Below are positions 39,701-51,259 of a DNA stretch of 64,000 nucleotides, in pieces (positions within the stretch are counted from its first letter, which is position 1; the number at the start of each line of letters is the position of its first letter). Source of the stretch: Mytilus californianus. Its lineage: Eukaryota. The DNA is taken from positions 35,836,001 through 35,900,000 of the forward strand of contig NW_026262745.1 in the NCBI RefSeq assembly GCF_021869535.1, written 5' to 3'. The translations under genes were made by a program, and so were the position numbers. The notes beneath the pieces were generated by a model. That model worked only from the letters and a program-made list of their open reading frames with translations. It was not told the DNA's origin and did no database searches.

Positions 39701-40850
39701 CACCACTATCATAGTCATAGACTACTTTTGAATAAGCCTTTTGTCTAGCAATGGAAAAATTTATCTCAATAAGTGTTGGACAGTGATCGCTACAGAAACT
39801 TGGTAGAACCATACTATTTCTTAGTATACTAAGATTATTTATATATATATAGGGTCTAAGAGTGTTGCAGTTGAGGAGGTTATTCGAGTAGGTTCCTGAA
39901 CAACATTTTCTATGCCATATCTATCACAGATTCTTGATATCCTACTAGTTGGACTTGCTTTTAGTAAATCTATGTTCAAGTCACCAAGCAATATTACATT
40001 TTTATCAGTATCTATTACATTATCTAATAAATTTTCAAAATGGTCTAGTGATGTGCATTTGAAGGTCTATAAAAACATACAACTAAGAATCTACCAGTTT
40101 TTGTTGTAATTTCAACACAAACTGACTCTAATTCAGGTATCGCCAAGTCGCTACAGCGTTTACAATGGAGACTATCTCTAATATAGATCAAAATCCCCCC
40201 TCCACGGTCAGTTGACCTGTCTTTTCTGAATAATTCAGGATTATGAAAATTTGGCATCACCAAGTCAGTACTGCCAACATTTGCTTCCAGTTTTGTTTCA
40301 GAATCACAAATCACATCACATTCACCTAATTCTGAATGAATTAAATCAGTTGTATAACGAAAGGAATTAACATTAATACCAGCTATTTGAATATTTTGAT
40401 AGCAGTATCTTGATGAGTTTGGTCCAGGATTTTGTTCAATGTCATTACTTTGTAGTAAGATTAAGACAATAATCAGATTAAAAATCAAGTTGGAGATATA
40501 TACAGTTCTGATTCTAAACTTATCATCAATATGGAAATTATATAAAGTGGTAATAAAATTTCATTCATGATCATTAATAAATGAGTTAGTAAGCATACTA
40601 CAAATTATTTGGATAATGCCCATAAATTTTGTTACATTAATATCATACATACTGTTTGACAACATAAGTCTATAACCATAACCACTCTGTGCTAGTATTT
40701 GAATGGATAAAATCCAGCATTTATTAGAGAAGTAGAAAAGGGGGAGTACTTACTGCATACATGTAACATGCCAAAAACCAGACATGCTGGGATTTTGTAA
40801 GTTGGGTCATGTCTAGAGCTACATGCAGCTAGGGATAATGAGGAAAAGGA
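36725..40850 (-). mobile_element. CR1/L2-group LINE, EN-RT pseudogene
   Basis: APE (INVNS, SETKL, FYRPSN, LLGDLN, SDHCP); RT (AGPDKL, NYRPIS, GVPQGSILGP, LFADDT); C-terminal CACGDPIEDNFHFFYACP; 3' end AATAAAAAATATTTTGAATTGAAT near 36725; ORF fragments 40045-40488, 39507-39812, 38835-39506, 38341-38538, 37322-38167. Confidence 0.9.
40420..40443 (-). other. 2A-like StopGo motif DIEQNPGP at the N-terminus of the LINE ORF
   Basis: LIIVLILLQSNDIEQNPGP matches D(V/I)ExNPGP immediately upstream of the APE domain. Confidence 0.8.
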
Positions 40851-40871
40851 TTGTTCATTAAATTATTACAT

Positions 40872-41087
40872 GTGCATGTGATTGCCAATGAGACAACTAT
40901 CCACCAGAATTCAAATAAAGCGGATGTTAGCAATTATAGGCAACTGTACGGGCTTCAAAAATGAGAAAAACCCATACCGTATAGTCGGCTATAAAAGGCC
41001 CCGACAGGTAAAATGTAAAATGAAACAACTACGACCTCTGAACTACAGGCTCCTGAGTTGGGATAGGCAAATAAAGAAACGGACGGG
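40872..41087 (-). mobile_element. Family A (Naiad-derived) 3' end fragment
   Basis: TGATTGCCAATGAGACAACT terminus, GTCGGCTATAAAAGGCCCCGAC and ACAGGCTCCTGAGTTGGG. Confidence 0.7.
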
Positions 41088-41812
41088 GTTTAACGCTCGT
41101 TTGGCAAACAAAATTATAAGCCTGGTATCTTTTATGACTTTTTTTCACAACCTAAATGTCGATGCTACTGCGAGTGGACGTTTCCTCTCCGATGGTGACA
41201 CCAGCCCAGTAGTCAGCACTTATATGTTGACTTGAATTATCTTTGATATGGTAATATTTATAAATTAACTGTTTAAAAACTTTGAAATCTTCGAAATACT
41301 AAGGATTGTCTACCCCAAGAATAGATTACCTTAGCTGTATGTGACAAATTTTGGTTTCTTAATGCTCTTCAACTTCGTTTTTTTTTTTTTGGCCTTTTAA
41401 CCTTTTTGATTCTAACAAAACTGATGAGTCTTTTATAGACGAAACGCGCGTCTGGCGTAAATAATTATAAGCCTGGTATCTTGATTTTTTTTACAACCTC
41501 TAGGTCGAAGCACTGCAAATGGAAGTTTCCTCCCCGTGGGTATCATCAGCCATGTAGCCAGCACTTATATTTTGATATGAATTATCATTGATATGGTCAT
41601 TTGTATAAATTGACTGTTAAAATAAATAAGAGGATGTGGTATGAGTGCCAATGAGACAACTCTCCATCCAAGTCACAATGTATAAAAAGTTAACAGTTAT
41701 AGGTCAACAACACTTTTAATTGCTCGAAATACTAAGGATTTTCTACCCCAGGAATTGATAACCTTAGCTGTATTTGACAAAACTTCTTGGAATATTGGGT
41801 CGTTTATGCTCA
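41088..41812 (+). mobile_element. Tandem retrozyme-like array, family 1 (about two units, ~350-bp period)
   Basis: CCTGGTATCT at 41121 and 41472; AATACTAAGGATT..CTACCCCA in both units; hammerhead at the junction; family A insertion at 41625-41708. Confidence 0.8.
41415..41458 (+). ncRNA. Type I hammerhead ribozyme (intact core, 5' strand of stem I lost)
   Basis: CUGAUGA GUCU-UUUAU-AGAC GAAA C-GCGC-GUC UGGCGU; upstream ACAAAA replaces GCGUCA. Confidence 0.7.
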
Positions 41813-41885
41813 TAATTTATTCATCGATCTTTAAAGAGATGTAGAGATAAAAAAAATCATAAAAGAGTCCAGACTTATAACTTGT

Positions 41886-41929
41886 ACACCAGACGCGCGT
41901 TTCGTCTACAGAGGACCCATCAATGACGC
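41886..41929 (-). ncRNA. Degenerate hammerhead of family 1, inverted
   Basis: GCGUCA UUGAUGG GUCC..AGAC GAAA C-GCGC-GUC UGGUGU; two core substitutions. Confidence 0.6.
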
Positions 41930-44334
41930 TCAAGTCCAAAAAGTTAAAAAGACAAATAAAGTACATAATTGTTCAGAGAAAAGTTTAAGGTTTTTCCACC
42001 ATTACATTTCTAAAGGGTTAATAAGAAGTCATTTCCAGTTTATGTTATAGATAATGTATATTTAAGGTTTTTCTTGTCGTAAAACACACCGAGGTGAAAA
42101 CATTTCGGACCAGGTCTTTTAAATACATCTTTAAGAGTTTCAGAGGAGATGCAGTCGCAAGCAAAAGTAAAAATTAAGAACATGATCTTAAGCTTTGACC
42201 TCAAACCCATTTTCTCTTTCTTTTGGTGGACAAAGGAACTCACATAAAGGTACTACAAGACTCTTTCACTTACTCTTCATGTGGTTCATCACTTATATAA
42301 AATACAAAAGGGGAAATAACTCTCATATGGAGTCGTCAAAATGCTCCTGTCAAAATTGAACAGAATATTCGAGGATATAACGAGCAATTTGGAAGAAATA
42401 AATTTTTTAATTTTTTTTTACGGTAAAGGAGGAGATGCGCTCACAATACAACAGTGGTTCGGAAGATAACTCGAACAAAAGTGTTTGGTTAAACAAGGTG
42501 AGTTTCAAAAGTGCAATAACTGTTCGATGTTATAAACAAAATACCTGAGCGACATCTTGCAAAACAATAATACCGAGGAAGAAAAAAAAAACAGTGGCAG
42601 TAGAAAAAGTTTGTTATTGAAAGCTAATTGTTATGAGAACAATTAAAGGTCTTTCCATCCCAAATGCACATATGTTGATAAGATTATATTAACTTCCATT
42701 GAACAATTTCGTTTCTGCTAACAGATAATAGCCTACTTTACACTGATTACAAATATATATGGTTTCTGTTTTTGCTTGAAATGAGGGAGATTAGTAGGTT
42801 CTTCAGACTTATAAATTTCTCTTCCGGTTTCATATGAACGTTACTTCACACTGATTTAAAACAATATATAGTTCTAGTAACTTAAACATGAAAATAGTGA
42901 AAAAATAGCTACGCTCGATTTACAAGATGTCACTTTCAGTTGACCTTTTTCAAGGTCATATGTCTGCAACCTTTTCGCAAAGACACTATGACTTTATCAT
43001 GTACCAATCAGAAATAACAGCAAAAGTCAACATCTAGAAATTCAATTAAACACTTTTACTTGAAATAAGGGAGACAGTTGGCTACTTCTGGTTTGAAAAA
43101 TGTCACTCTCAGTATTATATACTGACGGACTTAAAAAATGCAACACACATTTTGGTGATTTTTTTTACCAAATTATGATTGATCCTCAAATCACTACTGT
43201 TCATGCTTACCAGACTTCTTTCTGTTAAGAATAAATCAATACCTGACTTACCGGGAGAACAAACCTTAATATTGAAGTCGCACGAATTTCTTAAAACATA
43301 AATTAAATTTGAAACCCACAAATGATTTTTTAAGGTTTCTTTCTCGTGAAACCATTCTTTCAAACCATATCCACACTTGAATCAGTAAAGATATGTTGCA
43401 TTTCAATATTGCCGAGAATGAGCAATAAAAATCTGAATCAGGCCAAAAGAATATTGCAGACATAAATAGGTGAACGTGCTGTTGTTAGACAATTTCACGT
43501 CAGAAACTCCTCTTACTGATCTTACTACAACGGTACAGGCTGACGGGATCTAATGATTACCACCTATGACCAGATCAATATGTAGTCACAACACCACGTC
43601 AATAAAATTTGATTACGCAACATCATTTGCGAGACATGTTTACCACCTCAACGTTAACTGCAAATCAAGTCCTCGAATGCCATGGCAGGCACTTGCATGC
43701 CATAAATGTTTCCCATATACTGAAACGCCAAAAAAATCGAAAGCAGAAAAACATTTAAAGCCCTAAAGTTTAAACTACATAATTGCAAAAACACACGGTA
43801 ATGGGTGGGAAAGAGGCCAATTCAGAAGGTTCAAAACAGAACTCAAAACCTGCCCAACAGAACTGGTTGACCTTTCTGTCAATCATTTATGCGTTGGTTA
43901 CAGGCAGTCATTGCCTTCGACGATGACACATCCATTGATAAGGGGAAAACCATGGATTTAGTGCATACTACATGATTTGAACATTAACCACGACATAAGC
44001 AATTGATCTTTCGAACTACAAACTTTTTTTAGACAATGAAGTAATGAATGAAATTTATGTTTATTCATTTATTTATCAAAAATTTCATATTTAAAAATGA
44101 GAAAAAATAATCTAGGTTTGCTTTTTTAAAGTCTGCTAGTTTATGATAGGTGACTTGACACTAATTCCAAAAAGTTCAAAAAGGATATTTCCGGTTTACC
44201 TAAGGTCGCTTCCGTTTGACATTTCCAAAGTCATATGTATTTGTACCAAATGCAAATGAAGTCAAAACAAAGGTCAAATTCTAGAGTGTCAAATTGACCG
44301 TGTAAAATAATATGGTCATAATTAATGCTAACAA

Positions 44335-44565
44335 AACTTTGAATTTTTGGAAAACTATGGATTTTCTACCCCAGATGTATATAACCTCAGCTGTATTTGG
44401 CAAAACCTTTCGTAATGTTTGGTCCTCAATGTTTTTTCAACTTCGTACTTAATTGAACCTTTTAAACCTTTTCAATTCGAGAGTCACTGATGAGTATTTT
44501 GTAGATGGAACGGGCGTCTGGTTTACAAAATTTATATTCTGGTATCTACGATGAGTTTATTTACC
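44335..44565 (+). mobile_element. Retrozyme family 1 fragment with degenerate hammerhead (44481-44524)
   Basis: GGATTTTCTACCCCAG..GCTGTATTTGGCAAAAC..TCACTGATGAGTATTTTGTAGATGGAACGGGCGTCTGG. Confidence 0.7.
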
Positions 44566-44880
44566 TGTGACTTTGACCTCAATTTCAAATTAATAAAGAC
44601 CTCAAATCAAAAGACTTTTGGTACTTATATATATGGTTAATGAGTTATATCACCATACAGCTAATTTGAAATATAAGAGAGTAGAAAACACCTATTTAAT
44701 GTCAACGTACCCTTGAAATTCATGTAACAACTTACAATTAAGAAAAAATATTTCGTCAATATCTTGTATAGTTTCTGGTCAGGAGTGATATTAAGCAAAA
44801 ATTAAAAAAAAGTAGAACGTTACCTTTACCTTAAATGTCACCAGATCGTTTTGCTCAAAACCTTCTTAGATATATCACAT

Positions 44881-45075
44881 GATTGATTGTTTTTTGCTGA
44901 ACATCCTGTGGCATATATGTCATGCATTGTCAGGACGATTAAACACCTTGACCACTACAGTGATCATTTATGGTGTTTGTTGCCAGTGCCCTGTTTGTTA
45001 TCAGCACTCAATCACGTTTAAGTGCTAATATCCGCCTCCTACGACGGGGACGAAGGGTTGGACTTTAGGAGGCAT
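44881..45075 (-). mobile_element. SINE fragment of a second family sharing the 3' tail of the 29-kb SINE
   Basis: Reverse complement of 44881-44936 matches 29356-29411 at 47/56; different body (CGTCGTAGGAGGCG, possibly Deu/Nin-like). Confidence 0.6.
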
Positions 45076-45203
45076 ATTGTTTTTCATTTTTGTTATATGT
45101 TTAAAATCAAAATTAGAAACTGATATTCATTTAATACCTTCATATTGATATCTTTGTTGATTCTACATATTTTCTTATTACTTGTATTTGTCACAGTAAA
45201 TGA

Positions 45204-45485
45204 CTATTTCAAGTGCCACGTCATAGCTGTGATATGTGAGAATAATAGTAAGCTGTGTATCAGGACATCTTTGACAGACAAATGATCAATAATAGTACCA
45301 CCCTCTATTGTTGGACGACTGAAAAACTGTCTTTGACGTTTTGATAACAAATAATTTATCGCTGTACAATTCCCTTTCAAAATATCATAATTAAAATCAC
45401 CAATTACAACAATTTGTCCTGATATTTTTTCCAAATAACATAGTAATGTCTCCAAATTCAAGTTCTTTTCTATGTTTTTTTTCAT
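45204..45485 (-). pseudogene. APE/EEP endonuclease C-terminal fragment
   Basis: IVVIGDFNYDIL..RPTIEGGTIIDH..FSH motif series; stop soon after the SDH-equivalent motif. Confidence 0.6.
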
Positions 45486-45734
45486 GAAATAAAAGTAATA
45501 ATTTACTACCTCCGGTTAAGAAAATGTCACTCCCGTTTTAATATGATAGCTTACCTCACTAATTCTAAAAAATATATCGAATATACTTTAATAAGATAAT
45601 TTGCTACTTCTTGTTTACAGAAGAACGTTTCCGATCTCAAAAGATCGGTCCATTCGTGGTGATGAAAAATATATGATTTCTATGTACTTTTCCATGAAGG
45701 AAATGCAAAAAATGTTACTTCCGGTTTACACAAA

Positions 45735-46405
45735 CCAATACCATATAGTCGGCTATAAAAGGCCCCGACATGAAAAGTATGAAAAAAATCAATTGAGAAA
45801 ACTAACGGCCTAATTTATAACAAAATAATTTACGAAAAATAAATATGACAGGCTGGAAACCAACGACAACCACTGAACTACAGGCTTCTGACTTGGGACA
45901 GGAACATAAAGAATGTGGCGGGGTTGAACATGTTTGTGAGCGCTCAACCCTCCCCTAACCTAGGACTATGGTGGTACAGCACAACATAAGAACAAACTAT
46001 AAAAATTAGTTGATAAGGGCTTAAGTCATCAGACCTTAAAAAAACATCAAACAAAACACAGACCGGACATGGCAGGGTATTTAAACATCCCTAACAACAA
46101 AAACGACACAAAGTACAGTTCTGAGAGTACTCGCAGTTACTGACAGCTAGTTCAAACACAATAACAAGTAATAAAAATATCATGTATCTAAGACTAAAAT
46201 ATCAATCTGTACACATCCACCATCCAATGGATTAATCGTAAAGACGCAATTAACAGTCAGATAAAAACATGACCTTGTGCAATGCAAAATATAGGTATCG
46301 ACAGATTGTAGTACCGTGAAAGTGCGTATGTGTAAAACAATAATATTTAGTATGGTTTTAATTTATCGATAACAAAATCAATATTTATAACCTTTTAAAA
46401 TAAGA
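45735..46405 (-). mobile_element. Naiad-type PLE 3' end (family A) with RT C-terminal remnant
   Basis: 46404-46381 reads LILKGYKY (cf. LIKKGYSY in the 62.6-kb copy); shares TGTCAGT(T)AACTGC.AGTA, AACCCCGCC and CCTGTCCCAAGTCAG with 61935-62840. Confidence 0.65.
46192..46258 (-). promoter_or_regulatory. Core-mutated SECIS-like hairpin
   Basis: Helix I GACUG/UAGUC; helix II with 8 of the first 9 positions paired; AA; 6-bp apical stem; 3' UGAU intact, but the 5' core reads AUUGC instead of AUGAN. Confidence 0.5.
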
Positions 46406-46409
46406 ATAA

Positions 46410-48250
46410 GATTAGAAAATATACTTAGTGATTCATATAAAAAATAATTGGGTACAAAGAATTAAATGGGTTGAAGAAGGGGAATAATACAAATCTCTTT
46501 TCAGAATTAAAAATACTAGACAAACAAGATAAACAAGATAAACAAAAATAGCGCTTAAAGGCAAAATAGAGGCGACACATCAAGATATTTACAAAAGTTC
46601 AAATTTCTCATTTGAAAAACGGGAACTAACTAATTAACAGAAATAGCGGTTATTTACATAAAAAAAAACTCTCTCTCTAGATAATATTGGTCAATTTCAT
46701 TATTAAATGTAGATACAAAGCTCATTCACTAGCACGAAGAACAAGTTAAATACTACCACACATTATTCATGGGGATCAAAACGGGTATGTTATAAATAGG
46801 TATATTGGATATAACATTTAAATGATTCATATCATTGATTTTGCAGAATTTCTTTTTACACAGAGGAAACTTTACTGATATTTTTCGAAAACTTTAATTC
46901 TTCGGAGTGTGACTTTATGTGTTTAGCTTTACAGAAAGGGTTAACAAATTCATTGTTGAAAGATGAAAGTTCTATATACTGATATTAAAAGCTTAGTAAT
47001 TAAAATGAGTGAATTGCAAAACATTTTTTCGTGGGATTAAGCAAGGGTGTTCATGCAATACGATAATTTACCGTGTAGGATCGGACAAGACCATGACCGC
47101 AAATGCATTTAAATTAAACTTAATGGCAAAATTCGAACATTAAACATTTTTCAACTAGCAGATGATACCACTCTTTTCCTTACATCAAAGCAAGATATTT
47201 CGAAAGCTCCTAATATGATTAAAACATTCGGAAAACTGTCAGGGTTAAATTCGAAGAGTTCTAAAGCAGCGGGTGTGGCTTGGAAGACAAAAAACTGCAA
47301 AGAAAAATAAGAAAATGTTAACAGACAAAGAAACCTGTAAAAAATCAATCAGCACAAATTATTCTTAATTAAGAAAAAACGAAACTTAATTATGATAGTC
47401 AGAATCACAGATACTAAATCCTTAATTATTCCCAATATTACATTTTTAGTGCCTGTCTTAACCAAAGATAAAGAGTATTAAGACCAGTTTATAAAGGATT
47501 TAGAATTTTTTTTAAACAACAAAACACAATAGGGCAACCGATGTGTTTAAAACTGTAATAAATTAAATTGAGGATTGAAAACGGTTAACTTAGAAAAATA
47601 CATAGGATCTTTAAAATTAGGTTAGATTAAAAAAATAACTGCATATATTTCTTCTTAAATTGCAAGTTTTACCAAAATTTTATTAAAACAAATTTGAAAA
47701 CAATCCACTTATCTTTCAAATGAACTACCATAGTTTTTTTTCTTGATATCATCAAAGTTCGGATTAAGAATAATAATAAATAAAAAGAAATATCCAAATT
47801 CTTTGGGAAATCAGTTGATTAAATTTCAGGGAAAACCAATATTATTCCATAACTGTATAGATAGCTGTATAATTAACATATGCATCTATCACATATTATT
47901 GATGATAATGGAGATAATTCAGAAAGTTTTATCAGACAAAAGCAAAAAAAAACATAAATTGGATTGCCATTCTTGTTCAGATGGAAATCGTACATTTGTT
48001 TTCTTCTAGACACCTTTACTTAAGACATTGAAAATGCGTCCTGACTCATACAATAACCCCTATAACATTACAGAACATGCCACTTCCTAAATAAGTATAG
48101 GAAAGACACATCTCATCTGTTAGAACAGATTAAACTTGGCAAACCCATTTTAAGTCTGAAGAATTTGATTTTTGGTTTCAAAATAAATGATCAACAATTC
48201 TTTGATATTAATTATTTACTCACAGTGATTATCTTTTCAATACATTATTT
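46410..48250 (+). mobile_element. Highly degenerate L1/Tx1 LINE fragment
   Basis: DQNGYV..RYIGYNI (about 46770-46820), KQGC (47040), FQLADDTTLFL..TFGKLSGLN (47150-47250). Confidence 0.6.
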
Positions 48251-48599
48251 GCCGTGGCGGGTCAAGGATAGGGCATATAGGGCGTATACCATAAGACCCA
48301 TAATGAAATTAAAAATTTAATGTTTCTTAGTATTTGTATATTTTTTTATCATAAAATCGTTCCCAAAAGATTCATCTCCCTCTGCTCGGCAGTATTTATC
48401 ACATTTTGGGGAATTACGCTCTTTTTCAAAAATCCGGGATCCGTTCCTGATTTGCCTGAATTTAGGACAAAGAATATTATTTTTTTCCGTATTTAAAAGT
48501 TTAGAAATGTGTTGATTCTAAAAAACAAATCTTTCATCACTAAAAGAAAATAAATATCAGAAAAGATTAAAGGTGTAATTCACTTATTTATTTGTCAGT

Positions 48600-49156
48600 T
48601 GTAATGGCCTGACCATTAAGTATAACCGACGATTGGGCTCAAGTAGAAAAGACTATCAGGTGCTGATACTTTAATTATGAACCAATCTTACATATGGTGA
48701 AAAGCTGAAATACAAAATAAAATACAAATTTACAATGTGTAGAATTAATGTTAAGATGAACGAAATGTCAAATATAATTAAAAGCACAGTCCGTTTAATG
48801 CGAGAAAATGTTGTACTTCCTAGAACGGTTAAATTTTCAGTATTTCACGGAGAAAAGGTTCAAATATACGAAGAGCAATTTGAAGGCTTCAAATACAATG
48901 TTATATAATTAACTCACTCTGTGGTTAGCCACAAATTGTGTCCAAGATGACGTCTCTACCAAATATTCCTTGTGATCGTAATGACCTTGCAGTTTTCCTG
49001 TAACGGATACGTGTGAGAAAGGGAAAGGTAGCGATGATACGATGTTTTAATGTTCTTATCAGGTTAAAGATGAATAATCCTCCTAGACTGGAAAACATAA
49101 ACAGATTAAGAATATAATCAAACGAGCTATAAATTGAGGAAAGGCGTAACAGAATA
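48600..49156 (-). repeat. 3' LTR (557 bp)
   Basis: Direct repeat of 53446-54004; preceded on the minus strand by PPT GGGGAG (49162-49157). Confidence 0.93.
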
Positions 49157-51259
49157 CTCCCCGTCTGATGTCTTTCTGAAATCACTATTCCATAAATTAA
49201 TCGCATATGAACATATGATAAATAAATAAATCCCAACATAAATTGAATATGTACAGGTGAAATGTCCACTTTTGATCGTGTGAGAAATATCAGGTCTCAA
49301 CTTACGACTTTTCACTATAAAGTTTCCTGAATAAATATATCCCCGGGAAACTGGGTTTGGCACAGTTTCGTGTCCTTTAAAAGAAGGATGTCTCGGATGA
49401 GATTGTTGTGTTCTGTAGAATGTTCTATTACTGCTGTATCGATAATAGGAACTGTTTTCTCCAACCTGGTAAGACGGCGATATCCTCCGGTAAGTATGAC
49501 GGGAGTTAGTACTTGATCCTCGTCCGATTTGGCGAAATGTCACATCTTTGTGAGTCTCAGACGAAATAAAGCGTTTCGTCCTAACGTTCCATCCTGCGGA
49601 TCTAGTCGCTCTATCTGTAAGGTGGCGTCCTCGATGTTTAATTTTGTCGTAGTAATGTCCCACAAAGGGTGTTGCTTTGTGATGGTGTCCAGATAAGACC
49701 ACTGGTTCCTTTTCACTAATATCCAAGTTAGACTTGGCGATATTGCTTCCTACTCGGAGCAGATGTTGATTGTTCACAGGCAGATTGAAATTGGCAATCG
49801 GTCCTTCTTTCGGAATAGATTTGTGAATGCGACTGATTGCCTCTCCATGAACTTCAGGTCTTGTTGATTTCGGAATGAAATTTTCTTCATCCATAGAATT
49901 TTCTATAGAAGTCACAGATTCTGCTTTTAGTGAAACGAGTGCTGTCCCTTTAGAAAAATTCTTGAGTTCACCAGATTTGGCACTAGATCCAGTACACTCA
50001 AGGAATTGTATGGAGTGCATTTTTGCAACCTTCACATCTGAATTTAAGTTTTGGTAGTTTTCTTCACCAACGATTGGATATTCGTCCTTGACGGATATTT
50101 CCGGTCTTGAGGCGTTGAGAAGTTGTTCTGGTTTCGTGATTGAAACGTTAGTTATCTTTGTGTTGACTTCAAGCGTAACAGTTTGCTTGTCAATGTATGT
50201 ATTTCCAATTATGACCCAACCAAGTTTCAATTTTTGGGCAAATGGAGTTCTGGATGGTCCTAGGCGTTGTTCAAGGACGTGATGTGTCTCTATAAGGTCT
50301 CTTCCAATTAAGAGTAGAATTTGGCAACGTTCCTCTATCGGTAGAATGCTTCCTTTGAGTTCTTTTAGATGAGGATGATACATTGCGACTTCAGGTGTAG
50401 GAATTTCGTCTCGATTATTGGGAAAATTATAACATTCAATTAATGTAGGCAGATTAAATTGTACGTCACCATGTACAGATTTTAAGACGAAATATTTTCC
50501 TCTTTTCCCGGAAGTAGCTACTCTGCCGGAGCATGTTGCAAGAGAGTAGTTTTTAGGTTTTTCCCGAACGTTGAACAGATTGAAGAATTCAGGCGAGGTA
50601 AGAGACCGGTTGCTTTGATCGTCAATGATGGCATACATCCGGATAATTTTGTCTGTCCTGTCCTTGTGGTACACATCCACAGGTAATATCTTGGCACAAG
50701 ATTTCTCACTCTTAGGATCTTTGTGGATCTCTGTGCAGGTTGAACTCACAGAGGTTAACTTGATTTCAGCCGATTCTGTTGGCTCCCCGCTGTAGGTTTG
50801 TCTGGGCGAGCTAGACTGAGAACTTGCAGGTTGCTGTGGTCTAGTGATGTGAAGTGCGGTGGTATGTCGTTGACTTCCACACTCATTACAACTTATGCTT
50901 GCGTTGCAGTCCCGACTTCTGTGTGTGGTTGACTCACAACACTTGTAGCACACATTGTTCTGTCTTAACAGTTCTTTGCGTTCCTCGATTGATTTGGCTC
51001 GGAACGCTCGGCATTCATTCAAGGGATGCTTTGTCTTGTGTACGATACACAGATCTTGTTGTTGACTGCTGTCTCCAGTTTGCTGTTCAACATCCGTCTT
51101 ATGGACGTTGACTTTAGAGTAGGTCTGAGGTGTGAACTTTGGCGCAGCACCTTTTGTATTTGGTGTGACTTTTGACTCAAAGATGAAACCAGGATCGTTC
51201 TTTATTTTTGCTAATTTCCCTGATGAAGGCAGAAAATTCTGTGAAAGGCGGAAAGGCAA
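49127..51259 (-). CDS. BEL/Pao Gag knuckles + aspartic protease + Pol remnants (RT/RH and IN core deleted)
   Basis: CIVHKTKHPLNEC, CYKCCESTTHRSRDC and CNECGSQRHTTALH; YAIIDDQSNRSL and LLLIGRDL; degenerate LLRVG..EKEP..HH..HYYDKIKHRGRH; joined to Gag by a one-base shift at T5 (51205-51209). Confidence 0.8.
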   Translation of the reverse strand: MPFRLSQNFLPSSGKLAKIKNDPGFIFESKVTPNTKGAAPKFTPQTYSKVNVHKTDVEQQTGDSSQQQDLCIVHKTKHPLNECRAFRAKSIEERKELLRQNNVCYKCCESTTHRSRDCNASISCNECGSQRHTTALHITRPQQPASSQSSSPRQTYSGEPTESAEIKLTSVSSTCTEIHKDPKSEKSCAKILPVDVYHKDRTDKIIRMYAIIDDQSNRSLTSPEFFNLFNVREKPKNYSLATCSGRVATSGKRGKYFVLKSVHGDVQFNLPTLIECYNFPNNRDEIPTPEVAMYHPHLKELKGSILPIEERCQILLLIGRDLIETHHVLEQRLGPSRTPFAQKLKLGWVIIGNTYIDKQTVTLEVNTKITNVSITKPEQLLNASRPEISVKDEYPIVGEENYQNLNSDVKVAKMHSIQFLECTGSSAKSGELKNFSKGTALVSLKAESVTSIENSMDEENFIPKSTRPEVHGEAISRIHKSIPKEGPIANFNLPVNNQHLLRVGSNIAKSNLDISEKEPVVLSGHHHKATPFVGHYYDKIKHRGRHLTDRATRSAGWNVRTKRFISSETHKDVTFRQIGRGSSTNSRHTYRRISPSYQVGENSSYYRYSSNRTFYRTQQSHPRHPSFKGHETVPNPVSRGYIYSGNFIVKSRKLRPDISHTIKSGHFTCTYSIYVGIYLFIICSYAINLWNSDFRKTSDGEYSVTPFLNL

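Noticed and set aside
51220-51235. CTGATGAAGGCAGAAA inside BEL gag resembling a hammerhead core
   Set aside because: No stem I, II or III can form around it; it is ordinary coding sequence on the other strand
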